A DNA stretch of 63,886 nt, from NCBI RefSeq assembly GCF_016432865.1, contig NC_067401.1, forward strand, positions 11,098,001 to 11,161,886. Direction: 5' to 3'. Below, one piece after another: positions 21,450 to 32,600 of the stretch (the stretch's first letter is position 1; every line of letters begins with the position of its first letter). Made by a program: the position numbers and the translations under genes. Under the pieces are notes generated by a model. That model was not told the DNA's origin. It ran no database searches and saw only the letters and a program-made list of their open reading frames with translations. This stretch comes from Antechinus flavipes. Taxonomy: Eukaryota.

Positions 21450-22550
21450 ACGGCCAGGGGCCGCCCCGAAGAGCTCCCCGGGGCACTCGGGAGATGCTGC
21501 TCCAACCTCCCCCTCGGGGATGGCCACGAAAGGCCCGCAGTCCTGAAGCTGACCTATCGGGGAGGGGGGTGGGGTGGGTGGAGCGCACGGTCCCGGCCCA
21601 GGAGCCCGAGGGGGGGGGAGGGGAAGATCGCCCTCCCCAGGCACCCCAGGGGGCCGTCATCTGGGCTCGCGGGCTCAGAAGGTCGCCCGGCCTGGGGATG
21701 GCCAGACAGAGTTCCAATCTACCCCGCAGGGTCCACGTGATTGCGAGGGGCCCCAGCAGGTGGGGGAGGGGGAGGTCTCTGCGCTGCGGCAGCGGGAGGA
21801 CGGAGTGACGGCAGTGACGACGCACGCCGCGGGCGGCCCCAGTCCCGGCCGGCGCCACCCAGCCCCCTGCGCCGCGGCAGTCACGTGGTTAGCCGGATCG
21901 CGCCTGCGCCTGCGCCTGCGCCTGCGCCTCGGGGAAGAGGCGGCGGCGGAGCCGGAGCGGTGTGCGGGAGCCGGAAATGGTCGTGGACGGCGCCTGTGCG
22001 GCTGCGTGGGGCTCGGCCGCGCGGACTGAAGGAGACTGAAGGTAACGGCGCCATGTCCGGGCCCGAGCCGGGCCCCCTCCCCCCGGCATCCGCCGCCATC
22101 CGGCTCGGGGCCGCTCGCCCGGCTCCGCTGCTGCCGGGCCGGGCCCGGCCCGGCCCCGCCCCGCCGCCCGCCCTCCCTCCGGGCTCGGCCCGGCCCGGCC
22201 CGGCCCCGCGCTCAGCCGGGCCCGGCCCCGCCGCCGCCGCCCGCCTGCCCACGTGTGCCGGTCGCCCGCCGGGCCGGGGCCGGAGCCGGGGCTGCTGAGC
22301 GCGGGGCCGGGCCGGGGCCGGGGCTGCTGAGCGCGGGGCCGGAGCCGAGCGGGCGGGAAGTGACACGTTGTTCTCTGGCGCCGCCGCCCCGGGAGGGAGG
22401 AGCTCGGGCCGGCCCCGGGCCCAGGCCTAGGCCCTGCCTGACCCCGGCCCGGGCCACGCTCTCTGCGCCCGGGCCCTCTCTCTGCCCCGCGCCCCCCGTC
22501 CTCCTCCTTCTCCTTCCGACGCGGGCCCGGTGCCCCTGCTCTGTAAGAGG
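21450..22550. promoter_or_regulatory. EIF4G1: EIF4G1 CpG island and promoter: E-boxes CACGTG (21734, 21882), tandem TGCGCC NRF1-like repeats (21900-21930), ETS CCGGAA (21971)
   Basis: CpG-dense region. Motifs read directly from the sequence. Confidence 0.8.
21900..22041 (+). other. EIF4G1: EIF4G1 non-coding exon 1 (5' end approximate)
   Basis: Donor gactgaag|GTAACG at 22041/22042. The sequence resembles the human EIF4G1 5' UTR exon as I recall it. Confidence 0.7.
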
Positions 22551-23165
22551 AAGCCTTTCTATTGAGCCCCTACTGTATGCCCGGGGGGTGGAGGGGTTGC
22601 TCCTATGTGCCGGGCCCTGGGCGCTCTCCCAGTCTTCTTTGCTCTCTAAGATCAAGCACTGCCTGTTGAGCTCCTACTGTGTGCAGGCCTTTGGGGGTCT
22701 CTCTCCCCTTCCTCCAAGAGGTAATCTCCGTGTAGCATCTACTAGGTTCCTCTCCCCTCCCCCTGCTCTGCAAGAGGAAGTGTTTCCAGTTTAGCACCTA
22801 CTGTGTGTTGGGCACTGGGGCCTCCCCCCTTTCTTTGCTCTGACGTAAAGCACTGTCTGCTCAGCTCCACCTGTGTGCCAAGCCCTGGGGCCCCCTCCCC
22901 TGCTCTCGGGCTCCGGGAGAAGCGTTTCTAAGTTAGCACCTACTGTGTGTCGGATGTTGGGGCCCCCTCCCATCTTTGCTTGCTCAGCTCCACCTGTGTG
23001 CCAAGCCCTGGGGCCCCCTCCCCTGCTCTCTGGGCCCCGGAAGAAGCCTTTCTAGCTGAGCACTTACCATGTGTCGGGACCTTTGTCCGCTCTTTCCTAT
23101 TCAGTCCTACTGGTGCCAGGCGTTCCTTCCCTCCCAGTCGCCTTTGGGAGCACCTACTGGGTGTC
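22545..23165 (+). repeat. Degenerate tandem array of an L2-tail-like unit (tttct..tgagcacctactgtgtg...), including a ~145-bp direct repeat
   Basis: Motif (g/t)agc(a/c/t)cctactgtgtg or a close variant recurs at about 22565, 22668, 22792, 22864, 22935, 22986, 23057 and 23148. Confidence 0.7.
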
Positions 23166-23644
23166 CCCCTCCGCTGTCAGGCCGCCCCTTCCTCTTCCCC
23201 TTTTCCTAGGACTTGGCGGCCTTCCCTTCTGGGCTCTGGCCCCCCCCGCCCTCACCGGGGCCCACGGGCAGCTTCCTCTGTCCTTCACGTGCTTTCTTAG
23301 ACAAAAACCATTCATCTTGGTGGGTCTCTTGCCGCCCCCGGGGGGGGTCCCTTCCTTTTTTGTTCCTGGAGCTTGGTGCCAGGGAGACCTGGAATTTCCG
23401 GTTCTGTTGGTCTTGGGCTCCTGGAGCTGGGCTGATCCCCCCCCCTTCTGCTCCTAGGCCCCTCGGATGCCCAGAGCCCGTAGGCCACAGCGTGGATTTG
23501 TTGTTTCCCGAGGGGGTGAGTGAAGGGCAGGCGGGAGGCCCCAGGTTCGCTAGGGACAGTGAGCGTGCAGGCGGAGCTCAGGGCCTTAGCTCCCCCCTCT
23601 TTCTTCACAGGTGCTGGGGGGACCCTGATGTGGCACCAAATGAA

Positions 23645-26600
23645 ATGAACAAAGCTCCACAGCCCACAGGCCCCCCACCTGCCCCATCCCCTGGACTCCC
23701 CCAGGTAACGGGCCCAGAACTGAGGGGGGACAGGGCAGAGCGCGCTCCGGTGGGATTCCCTCCTCCCGGCCCCCTCGTCGCGGGGCGAAGTTGGAGCCTT
23801 GGGCGGGGAGGGGGCCGTGACCTCCGGTGGAGAAACCGCTAGCTCGCTCCTTGACCCGCTCCGTTCTCCCCCCGCGGCTTCCCTTTCCCTCCGTTTCTCC
23901 TCTTGCTGAACTCTGGTCTCCCCCTTCAGCCGGCGTTCCCCCCGGGGCAGACAGCACCGGTGGTGTTTAACCCGCCACCAGCGACCCAAATGAACACGCC
24001 TTCTCAGCCCCGCCAGGTGAGGGTCTGCGGGGAGGCAGCGGGGACTTGGGGGGGCTGGGGAAGGACCAGGAGAGTAGTGGTCAGGGCCTGGCTCCTCGCA
24101 CCTGACTCTGATCTCTTCCAATCCTTGTTCTCCTGTGTCCCCTTACTCTTTTTCAGTGAATTATTTGCTAATGAGTGCCCACAGGAGACACGCCTAGGTT
24201 ATGGGGGTGACCCTAACGGGGAGCCCCAGAGCTGGGAGCAGTGCACCTGGGGTGGCCCTAATGGAGCTTACATCTTTTCTGTCTCCTCTCTTCTCCTGGT
24301 GGTCGCAGTAGCTCTGGTCATTGTCCCTTGTTGCCACTAGCCCATGGGGGAGAGGAGCCCTGTTTTTTCTCCCCTTCCCTGCTTCCTTCCTCCTAAGAAG
24401 GGATGCTTCTTTCCTTATTCTCCTCACTGCGTCCCTGGCCACCTGGGGGATAATTCTCTTCTTTCCTGTCCCCATGTGCTCTCAGGGAGGATTCAGGTCT
24501 CTGCAGGTAATGCCTCTTGCCTGGTCCTGGACCGTAGCCTGGTCTCCCAGTCACGGGCGGGGCAGCAGGGACAGGGTCCTGTCGGGCGCCCAGCCGAGGG
24601 AGCCCAGTGCATGGCGAGGGGCTGGGGCCGGCCCGAGCCCTGCATGTTCCTCCCTAGCGTCTGGGGGGTGGGGCGGGAGGCAGAGCAGTGCATGCTGGTC
24701 TAGCGGTTGCCTGGAAGTGTCAGGGAAGGCAGGGCGGCTTTTGTGTGAGGGGACCTCCGCTGCTGCCATATGGAGTGCATGGTTCTCTGGGAGCGAGAGC
24801 GCTGCGGCCAGGCGGAGGTGGAGGGAAGGCCCGAGGGAGCGGCCGGCCGCCCGGGCCCGCGAGCCCTCGGCCGCTTAGCGTAGCCCCCTGTCCCAGCCGG
24901 CCCGGTTTGGGTCTGGGGGCGCGCTGTGACGCCGTCCGTTCCCTTTGCTTCCTCGCCCTCCCAGCATTTCTATCCAAGCCGGGCTCAGCCCCCCAGTAGT
25001 GCAGCCTCCCGAGTGCAGAGCGCAGCCCCCGCCAGGCCTGGCCCGGCTGCCCACGTCTACCCCGCGGGTTCCCAAGTGATGATGATCCCCTCCCAGATCT
25101 CCTACCCGCCCTCCCAAGGCGCCTACTACATCCCTGGACAGGTGAGGCGGGGGTCTCCTCTCCCGGGAGGGGGGGACTCGGCTAGTCTCGCTCCTGGGTT
25201 CCAGGCTGAGGCGTCCGGCCCGAGCCCCCGGCCGCCTCCTCGCCCCTCCCTCCCTCCCCCCTCCCCGGGCCCCAGGAGGATGACCAGGCCCTCATTGCCA
25301 CTTCCTCCCTCCCTCCCTCCCTCCCTCCCCCAGGGCCGATCCACATATGTTGTCCCAACCCAGCAGTATCCAGTGCAACCTGGAGCCCCCAGCTTCTACC
25401 CCGGAGCCAGCCCCACCGAGTTTGGGACCTACGGTGAGTGAGCAGCGCGGGCCGGCCCTGGCAGCGGCTCTGGCCTCCCGGAGCGCGCTCGCAGTGGTGC
25501 TTAATGTTTAACAAGTACTGGGGGGGAGTAGACTTTATCCTGCTGCCCAGAGACTCGGAGGCCTCCCAGCCTGCCCCAGGGCCTCCCCGAGTCGGAGGTC
25601 CACGTGCGGCGGCGCACGTCCTGGGCCTGCCTGGTGGGCCAGCTGAGCCCGGAACCGGGCCGCCCATGAGGGTCCCCGCCTCTGCCAAAGGGGCAGGTGG
25701 AACGGGGGTCGTGGGCAGGTGCCCCCCACTCGGTGGGGTCCCTGGGGTCTCCCTGAGTGGGAAGGAGGAAAGGGCGACCCCCGGGGTCCTTTGTGGCTAT
25801 CGCTGGGTCTCTGACCTCGGGTCAGGGCCCGGATGATGGGGGGTGGGGGCGTGTCTGTGTATGTGCGTGGGGGGTGCCTTCCATCGAGAGGTGTGTGTGT
25901 GTGAGGAATCCTTGTAAACGCAGCTCAGACTGGTTCCCCGGCTTCTGTAGACGCCGAGTTCCCTGGGGGTGGGGGGCGGAGCAAGGGGCAGAGGCCCCGG
26001 GTCCCCTCCCCTCCTGCCGTGTGGGGAAAGCAGGGTTCTGGGGGCCCAAAGCCGGCCGGCCGTCCATGGCTGGGTCCTGACGTTTGCCATCGCTCCTCGT
26101 TCTCCCCCCTCCCCTCCTCGGCCCCTTCTGCAAAGCCGGTGCTTACTATCCAGCCCAGGGCGTGCAACAGTTTCCACCCGGCGTGGCCCCCGCCCCAGTC
26201 ATGATGAACCAGCCACCCCAGATCGCTCCCAAGAGGGAACGAAAGACGGTGAGCCGCAGCGGCCGGGGAGAGTCGGGGATCTGGGAAGGAGGCGGCAAGG
26301 TCAGGTGGGAGCCAGGGCACTGTGGGCCAGAGCAGGGGGATTCTGGGAGAAGGGCTCCAGCCAGGCGGGGAGGGCGAGGGAAGGGCCCTGCGGATTTTGG
26401 CGGCCTGGCGGCGGAGCTTCGGCCTCGAGGAGCCCGCGGGGCGTGTGGGGGCGGCCTGAGGGGCCTGGGCTCTCGGGGGCTCCGTGTTGGGTTTTGTTTC
26501 TTGGGAACGATTTTGTCATGTGTGCTGTGCCCCCACCCCCATCCCCCACGGCCTGGAAGCTCTTGGTAGCCTCCGCCTCTGCTCAGTCCTCCAGCCCTGG

Positions 26601-29600
26601 GCGTGGTGCCCAGAATGGGGTGCCAGGGCTGGGGAAGCCGCTGAGTCACTGTGGCTCCACCCCTTGGAGCCCGGGCCCTGCCCAGAGAGCAGGCAATCCT
26701 TGGCCAGAATTGGGCTGTTTGAGGGCTGGATCTGAGTCCCCAAGGTGGGAGGAGGGAGGAGTCTGCTGTTGGCTTAGAGCATTGGGGGGGCAGTGGTGAG
26801 GGAGGGCATTGTGATGCACTGGGGACTCTGTGAGGTCGAGGCTCTCGTGGGGCGGGGGCTACGACTCCAGGAGCAGGGTCAGCAGTGGAATCCAGGGGCT
26901 TCCTGCTATCTACCTACCTGTTTCCTAGTGGGGGAGGGGTGGAGTGGGGGCAGGGAGGAGAAGTGGGCTCCCCCTGCTCCCCACTCAGCTGACACCCTTT
27001 TCCCAGATTCGGATCCGAGATCCCAACCAGGGAGGGAAGGATATCACAGAGGAGATCATGTCTGGGGCCCGGACCTCCTCCACTCCCACTCCTCCCCAGG
27101 TACCCAGGGTGGCGCCGGCCCCCTCCCAGCGGCCGCCCCACGGTCTCAGGGGGAGGGCTCCGACCTTGGACAGGATCTCCCCTCTTTCCCCAGAGCGCCC
27201 AGGCCGTGGGCTCGGGGGTCCGGGACTCTGGGGAGGGGAAGGCCTCGGGACCGACAGGTTGACCTTGCGCTTCCCACAGACAGGAGGAGGTCTGGAGCCT
27301 CAGGCTAACGGGGAGACTCCCCAGGTCGCTGTCATCGTCCGCCCAGGTGAGCGGCCCCCCCGCCCCCGGAGGGCTGGGAAGGGGGGGGGGGTTGCCAAGG
27401 GCAGCAGTGTCGGGACCCTCATTCTTTCTCCTCCGTCGCAGACGAACGACCTCAGGAAGTGACCGTCGGGGCCCGGCCAGGGGCTGGCCCAGAGCGCAGC
27501 CCCTCCGAATCTCCATCCCAGCCATCCTCTCCTTCCCCGGCCCCGTCACCGCCACCTCCAGCTCTACAGCCGGGGCCCGAGCCGGGGCTCCCGGTTGTCC
27601 CCATTACCGAGGACGCGATGACAGCCGCCGTGATAATGCAGTTGCCTGTCGAGGAAGCCGCCTCCACTGCCCACGAAGCCTCACAGCCGCCCTGCCCTGC
27701 TCCCGCGCCGCCACAGCCCCGCGCCTCTCCCGGACCCTCCCCGGAGGCAGAAGTGACTAGTGCTCCAGCAGCCCCCGAGCCTGCCCCTGCCCAGGCTCCC
27801 GGCCTCCACCGGTCTCCGGACACGGCGCTTTCCCCCGAGCCCAACGGCGTGGCCCCCGCGGAGGAGCCCGAGGCCCAGCCAGAGGTGGGCCAGGCTGAAG
27901 CGGTTCCGGTGCCGCCACCCCCCCCAGCCTGCCCCCAGGAATTCACAGTTGTGGCCCCTACGGCCCAGCCTGAGGAGCTGCCCAACGGGGCCCCCTCTCC
28001 CCCTGCCACGGACCTGAGCCCTATTGCTGAGCCCGAGGAGCCGGCTGAGGAGGTGGCGGTGGCGGCGGCGGCGCCAGCGCCGGCACCAGCGCCGGCACTC
28101 CCCACCCTCCCTGCCGACCTTCCCGGGCCACCTGCTGCACCTCCTGCCCAGGAGGAAGAGCTAGAGAATGAGGAGGAGGAGGAGGAGGACGAGGAGGAAG
28201 GGGAGACTGAAGGGGAGAAGGGAGGAGAGGAATCGTTGCCCCCTGAGACCACCCCCACCCCAGCCCCCCTTCCCCAGAGCCTTGACGAGACAGCCACCCA
28301 AGGTGAGGGGTAGAGGGGTGGGATAGCTGTTCACGGACTCGTTTGCTCGGGGGCGGAAGCCTCCGGGGCTCTGCTTAGCTTGTTCTGTACCCGGCATCCC
28401 CTGTGGAAGAGGTTCTGGGAGGGGAGGGGGCCCCAGGATGCCCGGAGGTGCGTAGGGGCACGGGAGAGGGGGGGCCCGGCCGCCAGGGGGGCTTGTTCCT
28501 CCGCCGACGAGGCCGCGTCTGGGCCCCCGGAGCCTGCGATGGAGCCGAGCCCCTGAGGAGGAGCCGGCACGGAGGCGCCGGAGCCGCCCGGGGAGCCTGG
28601 GCTGAGCCTGGAGCCGGGGGGAGCGTTTTAAAGTGTCTCGGCCTTTGGTCCCCTTCTAGTGGTGGCGATATCTGTGCCAAAGAAGAGACGGAGAATCAAG
28701 GAGCTGAACAAAAAGGAGACCGTGGGGGACCTGCTGGACGCCTTCAAGGAGGTGGGGGCCGGGGAGGAGGAGGGGGGTGGGGGCCGGGCGGGAGCCGGGC
28801 GTGGGGCCAGCCCTAGAGCCCCGGTCCTGTGCCCGCAGGGGAACGAGGGCACGCCGGAGCTGGAGAAGCAGTCCCCCGCGGGCAGTGCCCCCACCCCGAG
28901 CCCGAGGGCAGCCCCCGGAGCCCCCGTCCCGAGGAGGCCGACGAAACCTGGGAGGAAAAGGAAGACAAGATGGATGACGCCGAGAACATCCAGCCTGGGG
29001 ACCAGAAGTACCAGTACAAGTCAGGTGAGCTCTGGGACCGAGGCAGCCGGACCGGGCTTGGGGGGCCGGGGGGCGGCGGCGCCTTTTAGAACCCCTCGCC
29101 CCTCGTCTTCTCAGATCAGTGGAAGCCGCTAAATCCGGAGGAGAAGAAGCGCTATGACCGGGAGTTCCTGCTTGGATTCCAGTTCATTTTTGCCAGTATG
29201 CAGAAGCCGGAGGGCCTGCCCCACATCAGCGACGTGGTGCTGGACAAGGTGGGCGCTGCTGGGAGGTGGGCGCCGGCCTGGGAGGGAGGGGGCGTCGTGG
29301 CTCGGGCCGCCCTGGGGCCCCTCGTCGTCGTCCCCCGCCCGCTGTGAGCTCCTTTCTGTGTCCAGGCCAACAAGACGCCCCTGCGGCCGCTGGACCCCAC
29401 CCGGCTAACGATCATGAACTCCGGCCCCGACTTCACCCCGTCTTTCGCCAACCTGGGTCGGCCCAACCTCAGCAATCGAGGCCCCCCGAGAGGGCCCGGC
29501 GGAGGACCGGGCAATGAGCTGCCCCGGGGCCCGGTGAGTGAGGACGCCGACCCCCGGCGGGTGGGCTGGGGAGATCGGGCGAGGCCCTCGCGCGGCCGTC

Positions 29601-32600
29601 CTCACCCGGCCCCCTTCAGCCGGCTGGCCTCGGCCCCCGGCGCTCCCAGCAGGGCCTCCGGAAGGAGCCGCGCAAGATCATCGCCACCGTGCTGCTCAGC
29701 GAGGACGTGAAGCTTAACAAGGCCGAGAAAGCCTGGAAGCCCAGCAGCAAACGCGGCCCCACGGAAAAGGACCGGGGAGAGGAAGACGCGGATGGCAGCA
29801 AAACCCAGGTGCCCGCGCTCTGGGGGGCCTCACGTGGCACGCTCTGCTCCCCCCCCTGCGCTCTGGGGGGCCACACGCGGTGCCCTCTGTCCCGTCCCCA
29901 CCCCACCCCTGCACTCTGAGGGCCTCACGTGGCGTGCTCTGCTCCCTCCCCCCCTGCGCTCTGAGGGCCTCACGTGGCGCGCTCTGCTCCCCCCCAACAT
30001 GCTCTTCTGCCCGCCTTCCAGGACCTGTTCCGAAGGGTGCGATCCATCCTGAACAAGCTGACGCCCCAGATGTTCCAGCAGCTGATGAAGCAGGTGCAGC
30101 AGCTGGCCATCGACACGGAGGAGCGCCTCAAGGGGGTCATCGACCTCATCTTCGAGAAGGCCATCTCGGAGCCCAACTTCTCGGTGGCCTACGCCAACAT
30201 GTGCCGCTGCCTCATGGGGGTCAGTGCCCGCCCTCCCCGGCTGCCCCGGGGCCCCCGCCTCTGCAGCCGGCCCTCCCCATCTAATGCCGCCCTCCCCTCC
30301 CCCACAGCTGAAGGTGCCCACCACCGACAAGCCCACGGTCACCGTCAACTTCCGGAAGCTGCTGCTGAACAGGTGCCAGAAGGAATTTGAGAAGGACAAG
30401 GACGACGACGAAGTGTTCGAGAAGAAGCAGAAGGAGATGGACGAGGCTGCGACGGTGCGGCCGGGCGTCCCCTGCTTCTCCCTCGGGCCCTGGGGGGAGG
30501 GACCCCGAGCGCTCTGCTTGCCCCGTGGGCAGACCCCCACGACCACCCCTCGCGCTGAGTCTCCCTGCCCAGCTGACCGCCGGCACACACCCAGGAGTCT
30601 CGGGCCGGTGCCCGCTGCTTCCCAGCGTCCAGACTGGGCGCGGCCTCCCGAGCTCTTTTCCACCAGTGTCAGGCGTTCGTTCCCTTAGGTTCAGGGAGTC
30701 ATTTACCGTGCCCACAGGCCTTGTCTTGGTCCCGTGCTCCCGGGAAGCCCCCCAGGTCTTTCTCCTTCGGACCCTCGGTTCTCTGGCGGTTCGCGGGTGC
30801 CCGCGCTCCCGGGTGCCTTTCCCCGAGGGTCCGCAGTGCTCAGGGATGGGGGGGGGCAGGCTGGCCCCGCCGGGAGCTGACGCTCTCTCTGCTCTCCCCT
30901 GTGGCCCCAGGCAGAGGAACGGGGCCGCCTGAAGGAGGAGCTGGAGGAGGCCCGAGACGTGGCCCGACGGCGCTCCTTGGGCAACATCAAGTTCATTGGG
31001 GAGCTGTTCAAGCTGAAGATGCTGACGGAGGCCATCATGCACGACTGCGTGGTCAAGCTGCTGAAGAACCACGACGAGGAGTCCCTGGAGTGTCTCTGCC
31101 GGCTGCTCACCACCATCGGCAAAGACCTGGACTTTGAGAAGGCCAAGGTAGCGCCCCTTCCCGGCTGGGCCCGCTCCGGATGTCGGGGGCTCGGGCAGGG
31201 ACCGGCTCCTGCCCCCGGCGCCCGCCCCCCTCTCTGAGCCTTCTGCCTGCCCTCTCCCGCAGCCCCGCATGGATCAGTACTTCAACCAAATGGAGAAGAT
31301 CATCAAGGAAAAGAAGACTTCGTCGCGGATCCGGTTTATGCTGCAGGACGTGCTGGATCTCCGAAGAGTAAGTGCCCCCCAGGCTGTGCCCCCAGCGCCC
31401 GTCTCCCCCTCCTGGGCACCCTCGGCCTTGTCTGGGTCCGGCCCTGACCCGGCCTTGGCCTTGTTCTTGCAGAGCAGCTGGGTGCCCCGGCGCGGAGACC
31501 AGGGCCCCAAGACCATCGACCAGATTCACAAGGAGGCCGAGATGGAGGAACATCGCGAGCACATCAAAGTCCAGCAGCTCATGGCCAAGGGCGGGGACAA
31601 GCGTCGGGGGCCTCCGGGACCTCCCCCAGGCAGTGAGTCCCGAGAAGGGGGCAGGGAGGAGGAGGGTCTGCAGAGCCGGGGTGGGATCGGGCGGGTCGAG
31701 GACAGGATTCTCCAGTGATGACCTCCATTAGTGCCACGTGTCTGGGCCACTGAGACTCTGTGATGGAGCTGAGGTTCTGAGGAGAGTCGGGGCTGGTGGC
31801 GGCCTCTGGGCCGAGGCCGATCCAGGGACCGGGTTAGTGCTCACTGCCGCCCTCCCCCTAGGCCGAGGGGGTCTGATCGTGGATGACGGAGGATGGAATA
31901 CTGTTCCTATCAGTAAAGGCAGCCGCCCCATCGATACCTCCCGACTCACCAAGATCACTAAGGTAGGCGCCGGAGGCTGAGGAGGGGCTTGGCTTGGGGG
32001 TCTCTTGGGGCGGGAGCAGGGAAGGCTGGTCTTGGCCCCTTGGGATTGGAAAAGTCCTAACGGGGCTCGTGTCCTATCTGATCTTAGCCTGGATCCATTG
32101 ACTCCAACAACCAGCTCTTTGCTCCTGGGGGACGCTTGAGTTGGGGCAAGGGCAGCAGTGGAGGCATGGGAGCCAAGCCTTCGGACTCAGGTAGGAACAA
32201 AGGTAGGGGCGCCGGCCGTTGGGGCCCGGGATGGGGGGCGCGTCCTCGAGGTGGAGCCAGCCAGGTGCCCCTGGAATGGGGAAGGGGTCCCCGGACCAGA
32301 AAGAAAGTTTGCATTTCTGGGCTCTTGTCTCCCCAGCCACCGAGACAGCCCGGCCGTCCACTAGCACCTTGAACCGTTTCTCAGCCCTTCAGCAGGCAGC
32401 CCCCCCCGAGAGCGCAGACTCAAGGCGCGTGGTGCAAAGGTGAGGTCTCTGGTGCCCCGAGGGGGCCCCTCTGCCCGCCTCTTCCTCCCAGGGCACATGT
32501 GGGCCGGGCTCTGTGCTGAGGCTCGGCTGTCCTCCTTCCAGGAGCAGTCTGAGCCGGGAACGCGGCGAGAAAGCCGGGGACCGGGGGGACCGCCTGGAGC

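Noticed and set aside
24120-24340. Possible extra in-frame EIF4G1 exon upstream of the microexon (ORF 23903-24340 continues through it)
   Set aside because: No convincing in-phase acceptor/donor pair and no homology I recognise; the open frame is compatible with chance.
25440-26130. Internal EIF4G1 promoter or alternative first exon
   Set aside because: Internal promoters are described for human EIF4G1 and this intron is CpG-rich, but I cannot place a TSS or exon from the sequence alone.
30281-31270. Long minus-strand ORFs over EIF4G1 (329 aa, 277 aa and others)
   Set aside because: Antisense shadows of high-GC3 coding exons.
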